Source: Omnitrophica WOR_2 bacterium RIFOXYA2_FULL_38_17
Lineage (GTDB): Bacteria > Omnitrophota > Gorgyraeia > Zapsychrales > Zapsychraceae
NCBI GenBank assembly: GCA_001805965.1
Contig: MHHG01000072.1
Location: 429 to 64,428, forward strand
Direction: 5' to 3'
Length of the DNA stretch: 64,000 nt
The notes under the pieces are model-generated. The model was not told the origin of the DNA. It saw nothing but the letters and a program-made list of their open reading frames with translations, and did not search any database. Position 1 is the first letter of the stretch; each line of letters starts with the position of its first letter. This document shows, in pieces, positions 1-9,400 of the stretch. The translations under genes were made by a program, and so were the position numbers.

Positions 1-1
1 G

Positions 2-295
2 TATTTATTTAAAGATAAAGAATCGAAATGGCTTTTCCCGAGTAGTCGAGGTAACAAAATTTCTTCGAATAATTATCGTGAATATTTGGCAAAAATTTCT
101 CAGGAGCTATTAGGGAAGAGACTACATCCGCATTTATTTAGGCATTCATTTGTTGTTCAGGCTGCTCTTGCAGGTATGCCGATACGGGATGTCATGGCAA
201 TCACTGGCCATCTCGATATTGATGTTGTGCTAAAATATTACTCTCATTCAACCTCGCAAGGGCGAGAAAAAGTTCTAGCGATAAGTGAAATTTAA
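2..295 (+). CDS. tyrosine recombinase / phage-type integrase, C-terminal portion (5' end lies outside window)
   Basis: Frame-2 reading frame is open from the window edge (YLFKDKESKWLFPSSRGN...). C-terminal catalytic motifs LFRHSF (HxxR box) and GH...LKYYSH (catalytic Tyr region) are typical of XerC/D/phage integrases. Confidence 0.7.
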   Translation, partial: YLFKDKESKWLFPSSRGNKISSNNYREYLAKISQELLGKRLHPHLFRHSFVVQAALAGMPIRDVMAITGHLDIDVVLKYYSHSTSQGREKVLAISEI

Positions 296-332
296 GAATT
301 TCCGTGTAAATGAAAATCATAGGAGGATAAAA

Positions 333-608
333 ATGACTATAGAAGAGAGATTAAACGCCTTAGAAGAGCAAGTGGCCCATATGGCAGAAGCTTTAGGACA
401 TATAGATTCCATATTGTCTCAGCAGAATACTAATTTGAGAACAATTTATGAGGGGGCATCAATGAATATTTTTATAGTTGGTCATATTTTAAATGATAAA
501 TTAGAAATGAGTCGGGAAGATATTAATAGGCTAGTGGGCGATGCAAGAGCAAATCATCAGCAATTTGTTAATGAAACAAACGAAATACGTAAAATGTGGG
601 AGTTGTAA
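333..608 (+). CDS. hypothetical small coiled-coil protein (91 aa)
   Basis: AGGAGG Shine-Dalgarno lies 6-12 nt upstream of ATG at 333, which is an internal Met of the 285..608 ORF. Heptad-like [28 protein letters not shown]. No recognisable family. Confidence 0.4.
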   Translation: MTIEERLNALEEQVAHMAEALGHIDSILSQQNTNLRTIYEGASMNIFIVGHILNDKLEMSREDINRLVGDARANHQQFVNETNEIRKMWEL

Positions 609-618
609 AAGTAGCAGG

Positions 619-1803
619 ATGTCTATGGGAGTATTTATGAAAATTGGAAGAAATGATCCCTGTCCCTGCGGTAGTGGGAAGAAATATAAAAAATGTTGTA
701 TTAATATGGGTGCGCAAACTTTTGATAATAGTAGTAGTGATTTTAATCAAAGACTCAAAGATATGTGTTTGTTAAGTATGGAGGATGTTAAGCAAAAGTA
801 TGGAGACATATTTAAACCAGAAGGAGAGATGAAAAAGATTTTTGGTGAGATCAATAAAATAACTTATCAAAAAATAAATATACCTTGTTTACACCCCAAT
901 AGGGACGAATGTTCTCCCGGCCCAATAAAGGCTCACTCTTTACCAAAATCTTTATTATCAAAGTTATCAGGTTCAACTAACCATGTGGCAATGTTCGGCG
1001 GGTCAATGCCGCTGTTTGATCCTCCAGAAATTACTATTAAACGTGTTGGAATAAAGAAAGCTACTATTTTTACTGGATTGTGTGCTTTTCATGATAATAA
1101 AATTTTTAAATTGATTGATACAGTTCCCCCTGAAAAATTTGACGATGAATATCAATTTTTGCTCTGCTACAGAGCGATATTAAAAGAATACTGCGCTAAG
1201 CTTTACCAGTACGAAGTTGCAGAGAAGCAATTTAATTTGGAAAATAACGAGTCACCTAAAGGGGTAGATAGCTTTATTGGCCAATACACCTACAGTTGCT
1301 ATTTGGGTTTGCACTATTCCACAGTCATGAGAAAAATTTTTGATAAAATCTTAAACACAAAAAAATTTTACGAGGAGCTAGAGTATGGCGTAAGAGAAAT
1401 AAATAAATTTGTTCCAATAGCTGTTAGTAGTGTTTTTACACCTATTCGTGATCGAAATAATGTTGTCATTAATGATTTATTAAGTGGTATGCCAAACTAC
1501 GTGTTTTTAACTGTGATTCCTTCCGATAAAAAAACATATGTGTTTTACGCGACTCTAAAGAGACAGACAGAAAAACTTCAAAGTTATATTCAACCTTTTA
1601 AGATGTTAAGCGAAGAGAGCCTTACAAATTATTTATCGGAAGCGATCCTTAGAGATATTGAAAACTTTGTTATGTCGTATTCCTATTGGGAAAGTTTTTC
1701 AGATTTAAAACAGAAAGAGATTCAAAAATTTTTTCATGAAACGATTATTGATAAAAAAGTTTTATATAATTCTTCTGTGCATAATTTGTTTACGAATAAT
1801 TAG
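619..1803 (+). CDS. SEC-C metal-binding motif protein with ~340-aa uncharacterised C-terminal domain
   Basis: N-terminal [18 protein letters not shown] is a canonical SecA C-terminal/YecA-type Zn-finger (SEC-C). Start placed at Met 619, after the upstream ORF stop at 608. Rest of protein has no motif I recognise. Confidence 0.55.
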   Translation: MSMGVFMKIGRNDPCPCGSGKKYKKCCINMGAQTFDNSSSDFNQRLKDMCLLSMEDVKQKYGDIFKPEGEMKKIFGEINKITYQKINIPCLHPNRDECSPGPIKAHSLPKSLLSKLSGSTNHVAMFGGSMPLFDPPEITIKRVGIKKATIFTGLCAFHDNKIFKLIDTVPPEKFDDEYQFLLCYRAILKEYCAKLYQYEVAEKQFNLENNESPKGVDSFIGQYTYSCYLGLHYSTVMRKIFDKILNTKKFYEELEYGVREINKFVPIAVSSVFTPIRDRNNVVINDLLSGMPNYVFLTVIPSDKKTYVFYATLKRQTEKLQSYIQPFKMLSEESLTNYLSEAILRDIENFVMSYSYWESFSDLKQKEIQKFFHETIIDKKVLYNSSVHNLFTNN

Positions 1804-1860
1804 TCGCATTTTGACTTGATTGACATTTTTGTGGTGGCTTTTTGGTGGTGAGATTTTTTA

Positions 1861-2931
1861 AAATGTAGGTTCAAGGGTCTAGCGCAACACTTTGAACTGC
1901 TATAATGGCAGGGAAAGGAGTTGCTAATGGCAAAATATCAAAGACTTAAGTGTTTTGAACGAGAAGAAATATCTCGACAAGTTGCATCAGGAAAGAGCCT
2001 CAGGGAAGTAGCTAAAAATCTCCACAGATCTCCAAGCACCATAACCCGAGAGATAAATAAAAGTGTTGTTGATCGTAAATTTTATCGGGCATTTTTTGCA
2101 CAAGGTCGCAGCAACAAAATTCTTCATCAACGGCATAAGAATCGTAAGCTTGATAACAATCGTGCATTGCGCAAAATTGTACTGTTTTATTTAGCCAAGA
2201 AATGGTCCCCAGAACAGATTGCTAAAAGAATAGTTCTCTTGTATCCTAATGATATGGATATGCGAATTTCACACGAAACAATTTATTCTTATGTGTATAT
2301 ATTGCCGCGCGGGGAATTAAAGCGCGAGTTAGCAGCATGTTTAAGGCGTGGTCATGCTAATCGATATAAGAACAAGAAAGATAGACGAGATAGTGGCGCG
2401 ATACAGAATTATTTGAGTATTGAAGAAAGGCCCAAGGAAGTAGCTGATCGTATAGTTCCAGGACATTGGGAAGGTGATTTGATTATAGGTGGGAGTCATG
2501 CTTCAGCTATTGGGACGCTTGTTGAAAGAACAACCAGAATGACATTTTTAGTTAAGCTGGAGAACAGGTATGCGAGGAATGTCAGAAAAGCTTTTGCTAA
2601 GGAATTTCAATATTTGCCAAAAGGGTTGAGAAAAACATTAACATATGATCAAGGCTCTGAAATGGCAGAACATAAGATTTTCACAAAAGAAACAAATATA
2701 TCTGTTTACTTTGCGCATCCCAGTTCCCCATGGGAACGAGGAACAAATGAGAATACGAATGGCTTATTAAGGCAATATTTTCCTAAAGGAACTGATTTTA
2801 CAAAAATATCAAAAGCTCAGCTTAAAGCAGTGCAAGACGAGCTTAATGACCGTCCTCGTAAGGCATTGGAATGGTATACACCACACGAAAGATTTTCAGA
2901 GTTGTTGCGTTAGAAACTTGAATCTACCTTT
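1861..2931 (+). mobile_element. IS30-family insertion sequence (~1.07 kb) with imperfect terminal inverted repeats
   Basis: Left end AAATGTAGGTTCAAGGGTC (1861-1879) matches the reverse complement of 2913-2931 (AAAGGTAGATTCAAGTTTC) at 15 of 19 positions. These flank a single IS30-type transposase ORF. Confidence 0.55.
1921..2913 (+). CDS. IS30-family DDE transposase
   Basis: N-terminal HTH region, then PGHWEGDLIIGG (IS30 signature G-H-W-E-G-D) and a downstream DDE-type core (TYDQGSEM..., NENTNGLLRQY). 330 aa is the typical IS30 transposase size. Confidence 0.85.
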   Translation: MLMAKYQRLKCFEREEISRQVASGKSLREVAKNLHRSPSTITREINKSVVDRKFYRAFFAQGRSNKILHQRHKNRKLDNNRALRKIVLFYLAKKWSPEQIAKRIVLLYPNDMDMRISHETIYSYVYILPRGELKRELAACLRRGHANRYKNKKDRRDSGAIQNYLSIEERPKEVADRIVPGHWEGDLIIGGSHASAIGTLVERTTRMTFLVKLENRYARNVRKAFAKEFQYLPKGLRKTLTYDQGSEMAEHKIFTKETNISVYFAHPSSPWERGTNENTNGLLRQYFPKGTDFTKISKAQLKAVQDELNDRPRKALEWYTPHERFSELLR

Positions 2932-3081
2932 ATTGTTTTTTAAGATCTGCAGTGATTGAGACGAGCAGAGAATCTCAGCGGAAGTATAGTGTTAACTAGT
3001 CATAATATTGTAAAAACCTCTTGATATTGCTTTTTGTGAATGCTTGAATGATACTGTTCAATTGAAAGAATTTTATTAGAT

Positions 3082-4560
3082 ATGAAGCTTAAAAACAATA
3101 TTATTCCTTTTATTCTATTTCTGGGAAGCTTTTTTCTACGCCTTTCTTTAATAAGCAAAGGCCCCTTTAATGTAGATTGTTTAGACCTTGCCACTCAGGC
3201 AGAAAGGTCTCTCTCTGCTGGACAGCTTCAAAACATGTATGGATCAGGGTATCCAATGGTAGTTATTCTTAGCGCCGGTCTTATCTATATATTCAGAATG
3301 ATCAATATTGTAGATCCTGTCAGTGCTGTCAACATGATGAGTGTTGTAACAACTTCAATCTGTGTTATATTTTTTTATAAAATTGCAGAAAGAATAACAA
3401 GTCAAAAAGCTGCAATATTTAGCACTATTCTTTTTTCATTAAATCCAGCATTTTTAGGAAACTCTGTTTTTGGAATAAGTCATGGCCCAGCATTGCTCTT
3501 TTTATCTGTATCTATATATTTTCTGATACTTTTCAAAGAGGACAATAAGTGTCTAAAATATTTATTTATTTCAGCAATATTTTTCGGATTTACTGGAGCT
3601 GCACGACTTCAAGACATGATATTTCTGATCATACCAATAGCTTCATTGATATTGATCCCACTAAAACCTTGTAATATAAAAAGATTTTTGTTATTTTCTC
3701 TCATTGCTGCTGCTTTTTGCGCCTTGTTTTATCTTCCATATATTATAACTGATGCACGTGAAGATTACTTTAGTCAGCTAAGAAGCTATCGTGCAGATTC
3801 TTTGCCTGTTTATAGCCTAGAATTTATTAGATATACGTTCTTAGAGCTTCATGGTTACCTTTGTGAGTTATTGTTGCCTGTTGGATTGTGCATAAGCATA
3901 TGCGGTCTGTTTATTCTAGGGCGAAAAAAGAATTCCTACTCTATGTTTATATATCTATGGTTCTTTGTTTCTTTCTATATTCTAATCATTTTCTCAACAA
4001 CAAGGCCGAGGTTTCTTTTATTGTCGTTAATGCCTTTAAGTATTGCTGCAGGAGAATGTTTGTCTTATTTATTTAATTTTAATCGGGTATTCAAATTTGT
4101 ATCTATCATCATGCTTTGTCTTCTTTTTCGCATGGGGTTCCTGCCTACATACTATCTTCTTAAATTTCGCCATCGGGTTTCAGTTATCATTGAATATTGT
4201 AAATGGCTTAATAAAAATACTGAAAAGAACTCTCTTATTATTACTTGTGATGATAAACCATTTATACGTTATTATGGTTCTAGGGAAAGCTTAGCTAGGC
4301 CAATGAATACTTTTAGTATTAGTATAGAACAATTAGAAATGTTTAAAAAAGGGCTTGATAAAAAGATTGAAGAAGGTTATCCGGTGTATATCACTGATAT
4401 CGGTCTTTACGCCTATGCGCCAAAAGGAGAATTTACCTCTTTCTTTAGGCATAATTATAGAATTGTTCCTGTGGGAAAAAGTCTTTATGAAGATTGGCAC
4501 CAAGGGGCATCAGAAGATCAACTTTTCTACAATAATCTTTATAAAGTGACAAAGAATTAA
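3082..4560 (+). CDS. polytopic membrane protein, GT-C-fold glycosyltransferase-like (PMT/ArnT/GT39-like), paralog A
   Basis: ~370 aa of multiple predicted TM helices with a short first extracytoplasmic loop (FNVDCLDL), then a ~120-aa soluble C-terminal domain. That topology is typical of lipid-linked-sugar GT-C transferases. 492 aa, same length as the downstream paralog. Confidence 0.45.
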   Translation: MKLKNNIIPFILFLGSFFLRLSLISKGPFNVDCLDLATQAERSLSAGQLQNMYGSGYPMVVILSAGLIYIFRMINIVDPVSAVNMMSVVTTSICVIFFYKIAERITSQKAAIFSTILFSLNPAFLGNSVFGISHGPALLFLSVSIYFLILFKEDNKCLKYLFISAIFFGFTGAARLQDMIFLIIPIASLILIPLKPCNIKRFLLFSLIAAAFCALFYLPYIITDAREDYFSQLRSYRADSLPVYSLEFIRYTFLELHGYLCELLLPVGLCISICGLFILGRKKNSYSMFIYLWFFVSFYILIIFSTTRPRFLLLSLMPLSIAAGECLSYLFNFNRVFKFVSIIMLCLLFRMGFLPTYYLLKFRHRVSVIIEYCKWLNKNTEKNSLIITCDDKPFIRYYGSRESLARPMNTFSISIEQLEMFKKGLDKKIEEGYPVYITDIGLYAYAPKGEFTSFFRHNYRIVPVGKSLYEDWHQGASEDQLFYNNLYKVTKN

Positions 4561-4839
4561 AGTCGTGGTTTGATATAGGCAGGGAAAAGAGCCTTATTAT
4601 TTTAGGAAACACTTTTTGGTTCCCAAAGGGTTCCCATCTGATACATAAACAAACCTAAATATCTGGACAGTGTGAAAGTGGTCAAGCTCGACACGATTTG
4701 AGTTAAATGGTCGGTAATAAAGGGAATATCTCTGACTGTTTAGTATTATTAACTTTTATCAAAATTATACATAAATTGCTTGAAATTGGTTTTTCTTAGT
4801 GCTTGAATTATAAAAATTAACCTTGAAATTTTATTAATT

Positions 4840-6318
4840 ATGAGATACAAGCACATCATTATTCCATGTATTTTATTGTTGGGCAGCTTTATCCTCCGCC
4901 TTTTATTAATTAGCAAAGGGCCGTTTAGTATAGATTGCTTCGATCTTGCTCTTAAAGCTGAAAAAACTTATTCCTCTGGGCAACTTCAATATATGTTTGG
5001 CCCAGGATATCCTTTCGCTATCATTCTCGGGGCGATGTTTATTTGGCTGTTTAATGCATTTAATATTTCGTCTCCTATTTTTGCTGTGAATATGATGAGT
5101 GTTGTTACGGGTTCTTTAGCAGTTTTCTTTTTCTATAGAATTTCTGAAAGTATTACAGATCAGAAATCAGCAATATTTGGCACTGTATTATTTTCATTAA
5201 ACCCAATTGTATTAGGATATTCCGTATATGGGACCAGTAATGCACCAACCTTGCTTTGGTTATGTGTATCGGTTTATTTTTTGATAATTAGCAGGGAGAA
5301 TAAAGATAGTCTGAAAAATTTATTGCTCTCTGCTGTCTTTTTTGGTCTGCTAGGAGGGACACGCCTGCAAGATATGATCTTTCTATCTATACCGATCGCT
5401 TCCTTATTGTTTATTTCTAAAAAAGCATATCGAATACGAAGAATTTTTGTATTTTTTCTCACAGCTGTTTCTGTAAGTATTTTGTTCTATCTTCCATTTG
5501 TTTTGACAGATATGAGGATTGAATATTTAAGCCAGTTAACCAGATTTCGTGCTCTCAACGTACCTACTTATAGCTGGGATTTTACGAAAGAATCCTTCTT
5601 TAAAATTCATATTTACCTTCTTAACGCATTATTGCCAATAGGATTAATAACTAGCTTATATGGACTATTTATTCTGGTGCGCAACAAGAACCCATTCACT
5701 CTGTTTTTGTTACTATGGTTCTTTATTCCTTTCGAAATTACAATAAGGTTTGCTACGACTTATTCGAGATATTTATTAATACCAATTGTGCCTTTAAGTA
5801 TTGCGGCAGGGGCATGTTTGTCTTATTTGTTTAGCAAGGGCCGCATATTTAAAATGGCTTCTATTCTGATCCTTTGCCGTATTTTTTATTTTAGTTTTCT
5901 GCCCATGTATAAGCTCTTGGATTTTCGTCACCATCGTTCAGTTATTATTGAATATTGTAAATGGATCAATGGTATTACTGAGAAAAATGCTTTTATGATT
6001 AGCTGTGATGATAGAAGCTTTATTAATCATTACGGGGATAGGGAAATTATCTCTAGGCCAATGGATAGTTTTCATATCAGCAGGGAACAATTAGAAGAGT
6101 TTAAAACAAGGTTGGATGAAAAATTAGAAGAGGGTTATCCTGTTTATATAACTGCTATCGGGCTTTATGATTATTCACCGAATGGAGAATTTACTTCTTT
6201 CATGGAGCTTCACTATAGGATCAAATATGCGGGAAAAGGTCTTTATGAGGATTGGCACAGTGGAGCAGAAGACAGGAGAATTTTTTATAATTCTCTTTAT
6301 AAAGTGACAAAGAAATAA
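4840..6318 (+). CDS. polytopic membrane protein, GT-C-fold glycosyltransferase-like, paralog B (tandem duplicate of 3082..4560)
   Basis: Collinear with paralog A over the full 492 aa (MRYKHIIIPCILLLGSFILRLLLISKGPFSIDCFDLA... vs MKLKNNIIPFILFLGSFFLRLSLISKGPFNVDCLDLA...; C-termini ...YNSLYKVTKK vs ...YNNLYKVTKN). About 40 bp of upstream leader (TTGAAANNTTTTATTANNTATGA) is also duplicated. Confidence 0.45.
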   Translation: MRYKHIIIPCILLLGSFILRLLLISKGPFSIDCFDLALKAEKTYSSGQLQYMFGPGYPFAIILGAMFIWLFNAFNISSPIFAVNMMSVVTGSLAVFFFYRISESITDQKSAIFGTVLFSLNPIVLGYSVYGTSNAPTLLWLCVSVYFLIISRENKDSLKNLLLSAVFFGLLGGTRLQDMIFLSIPIASLLFISKKAYRIRRIFVFFLTAVSVSILFYLPFVLTDMRIEYLSQLTRFRALNVPTYSWDFTKESFFKIHIYLLNALLPIGLITSLYGLFILVRNKNPFTLFLLLWFFIPFEITIRFATTYSRYLLIPIVPLSIAAGACLSYLFSKGRIFKMASILILCRIFYFSFLPMYKLLDFRHHRSVIIEYCKWINGITEKNAFMISCDDRSFINHYGDREIISRPMDSFHISREQLEEFKTRLDEKLEEGYPVYITAIGLYDYSPNGEFTSFMELHYRIKYAGKGLYEDWHSGAEDRRIFYNSLYKVTKK

Positions 6319-6332
6319 ATTAATAGCTCAAT

Positions 6333-6352
6333 AGCGCAGGGATAGCGCTTTT
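6333..6352 (+). terminator. weak hairpin + T-run after GT-C paralog B
   Basis: AGCGC-AGGGATA-GCGCT followed by TTT, 15 nt after the stop at 6318. Short 5-bp stem, so weak. Confidence 0.25.
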
Positions 6353-6477
6353 AAGTTTTGCAATAATTTCATAGCTATTAAATAGTTCTCATTTAATTAA
6401 TATCTTTTCTTGCCCGAATATTGCCCCTTATTCTTCGTAGCCTACCTAATTATTAGATTCTAATATATACTTTTATT

Positions 6478-9400
6478 ATGTTATTTAGGTACTATTTAAC
6501 TAAAAATAAGACCTTTTCTGGCTATGTAAATAAGTCCATCTGTTTGCTCGTATCTTTTATCTTTTTTACTGCAACTGTCTGTCCCGCGCAGGTGTTTGCT
6601 CAAGCTGTCTTAACGTTGCCGGCTCCCGGAACCATGGTTCCAACCTCTCCGGTTCATAACCCCGCAATGATCCTTGGGATGACCATTAATATGGATAATC
6701 CGTTTCAATTTGATTTTCTTGTGGATTCGGGAGATGAGAATCTTGAGGATGATGCCTTTCGAAAAGAAACAGGGAAGCTTATCAAATACTTTTTAACGGC
6801 ATTGACCGTGCCCGAAGAGGAAATGTGGGTTAATTTATCGCCTTATGAGAAGGACCGCATTATTGCAGATGGCCTTGGGGGAACCGAAATGGGTCGGGAT
6901 ATGCTCGCTCAGGACTATCTTTTAAAGCAGCTCTCTGCTTCATTGATGTACCCTGAAAATGATCTTGGCGCTGAATTCTGGGAAGACGTTTATGAGAAGA
7001 TGGGTGATGAATATGGGACAAAGGATATTCCCGTTGATACGTTCAATAAGATCTGGATCGTTCCAGAAAGGGCTGAGGTTTATGTCAACGGCGAGAGTGT
7101 TTATATTGTCGACAGCCATCTTAAGGTCATGCTTGATGAGGATTATCTTGCCTTAGAAGCTAATAAGAACACTATTGGGCATGGGCTTGGAGATATTAAG
7201 GAGGAAGACCTAAAGCAGCATTCAAAAGTATCGACCGATGCCATCCGCAAGATATTGATCCCGGCAATTGAAAAAGAGGTCAACGAAGGGCAAACATTTG
7301 CATCGTTGCGGCAAATATATAATTCACTGATTCTCGCGGCATGGTTCAAACAGAACCTCAAGAGCAGTATTTTAGGGCAGATCTATGTTGACCGCAGCAA
7401 ACTAAACGGCGTTGATATCGATGACAAAGATGCCAAGATAAGGATATACGAGCAATATTTGAGAGCTTTTAAAAAAGGCGTTTTTGACCTTGTCAAGGAT
7501 GAGTATGATTCGAGCACTCAGACGGTTATTTCCAGGAAGTATTTTTCCGGAGGGGAAAATTTTGCAAATATTGCGCAGGTTGTCCAGAATACAGGTTCTG
7601 ATAGTTCTATGTTGTCCTTCATGCGCAAGATCGTTGGCAGAACGATCAGGTCCGTAACAACTATAGTCAAAAGAGCCAGTCCCAAAAGATTGCCTGATGG
7701 GGAAGAACAAGAGAGCGAAGAACTTCTGGGACAATTGAATGAAATATTACAGAAAGCAGTTAAGGATAGGGCTGATCCTGGTGACTTTGAAAAAAAGCAG
7801 GAGGATCTCCAGGAGTATCAGCCGCCTCAGGCGCCGGAAGTTTCTTTTGAAGAGATCCCTTTACCGGAGGGTATACATACTTTTGACCTCATCACGTTCT
7901 TGCAGGCACAGAAACGTCTGAAGAGTTTATCTGCTGAGGATCTGGGTGCCCTTATGGTCTCTATGGGGATTCTTGATGAGGGCCAAACCTTGACGCGCGA
8001 TGACATAGACCAGCAATACGATATTATTTATAAGCATTTAGCTAAAGAAGGATACTCTGAAGAACTAGTCAGTCTGATCAAAGGTGAGGATGACCCGGAT
8101 GTTGCCTTGGATAGAACTGTCTCGTATCAAAGCGGAAGTTCGAAAATGCAGTCGATCATTGAAGCGGTCGCAAACAGCGTTGACGCCCTGGGAGGTTCCA
8201 TCGGCCAATTCGGAATGGGTGTCAAACAGATTTTAGCATGGCTGGAAGATGGGGAGCGTTTGGAGGTCGTATCTAAAAAGATAGATGATGTTCCCTATCG
8301 TTTGATCATAAGCAAGCAGGCGGGGAAGTTTAACATTGCAATAGATGCTATAAGCAGCGATGATTTTACCAGGGCGCTTGGAGGGGTTAAGTCTGAGAAA
8401 GGCACAGTCATCAATGTCGTCAAGAAAAGGGATGTTCCCACAGAAGGCGACGGAATTACATTGGAGCGTCTTGAGAAAATGGTACATAAGAGGTTTGCCT
8501 TTGTGAAATGGCTGAACCTTTGGACTCGAGGGGGTAATGCCGCTCTTAAGTTCGTAAACGGATGGGAGAGAAGAAGGGTCTTAGCTGGTTTGCAGAATTT
8601 GACGCATGAAAATATTGAGGAATCCGGAGCAGGCCGCGGTGAGAAAATGATCATTGTTTCGCTTGAGTCCCGTGCATTGAGGATCATGGATACAGGGGTG
8701 GGTATGGATTTTCAGGTTTTATCACGCATGTTCCTTCCGGTAGACGGTGGTGACAAAGAGAATAAGTCGCTGGATTCAGAAGAAGATATCAACGCGGAAA
8801 TCGAAAGAACAAGCATGGTCCATGATTGGCAAGGCCCGGTGACATCTGTTGTTTTTGCCAGAAATGGCGAGATGGTCATGGAAGTCCCTCTAAGTGAAGA
8901 GATCAGCGGTTCTATTCTAAAGGGTCAGTTGATGGTTGATCTTGGTAGATTGATACGTGTTTCTCCATCCCGTGACAAGATAGTCCTTCAGCGGAATCAG
9001 GATGAGGAGCCGTTAAAAAGAGGTTTTGTACATCTTGCGCAAGAGGTTATTCAAGGTAATATCTCTGATCAGGAGAAGATCCAGATCATCAACACGCTGA
9101 TAGGTGGTTTGGAAGGGATCGCTCCGGGAAATAAATCAGTTTCCGACATAATTGACGGGGTTAAGATCGCGCTGAAGAAAGAGACGAAGGCTTTTGTTAC
9201 TAAACTCAAGAGTAAAGGCATAATTCTTTTGCCGCTTCGCGGAGGCTATGATAATTTTCGTATTCCTGAAGGTAGAACGGTTGCTTTCCTTAATGAGAAC
9301 CTTTTCGATTGGAGAGGATCTGAATTGAAACAGCTCAAAGAGAATATGGGGGCTAAGGTTCTGCCCCTGGTCCTTGAGGGGAAAGACCCGGATACGGGGA

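Noticed and set aside
285-332. Upstream extension of the coiled-coil ORF (start at 285)
   Set aside because: The AGGAGG RBS is positioned for the Met at 333. The 285 start would overlap the integrase stop and lacks an RBS.
3888-4549. Plus-strand alternative-frame ORFs inside GT-C paralog A (3888..4076, 4043..4294, 4355..4549)
   Set aside because: Out-of-frame overlaps of a gene whose full-length paralog conservation validates the main frame. Hydrophobic junk typical of AT-rich TM-coding DNA.
8150-8230. First N-box/G2 pair as a complete GHKL ATPase domain
   Set aside because: Only 5 residues separate the N-box-like and G2-like motifs. No G1 (DxGxG) or lid can be accommodated, so I call it degenerate rather than a functional ATPase.
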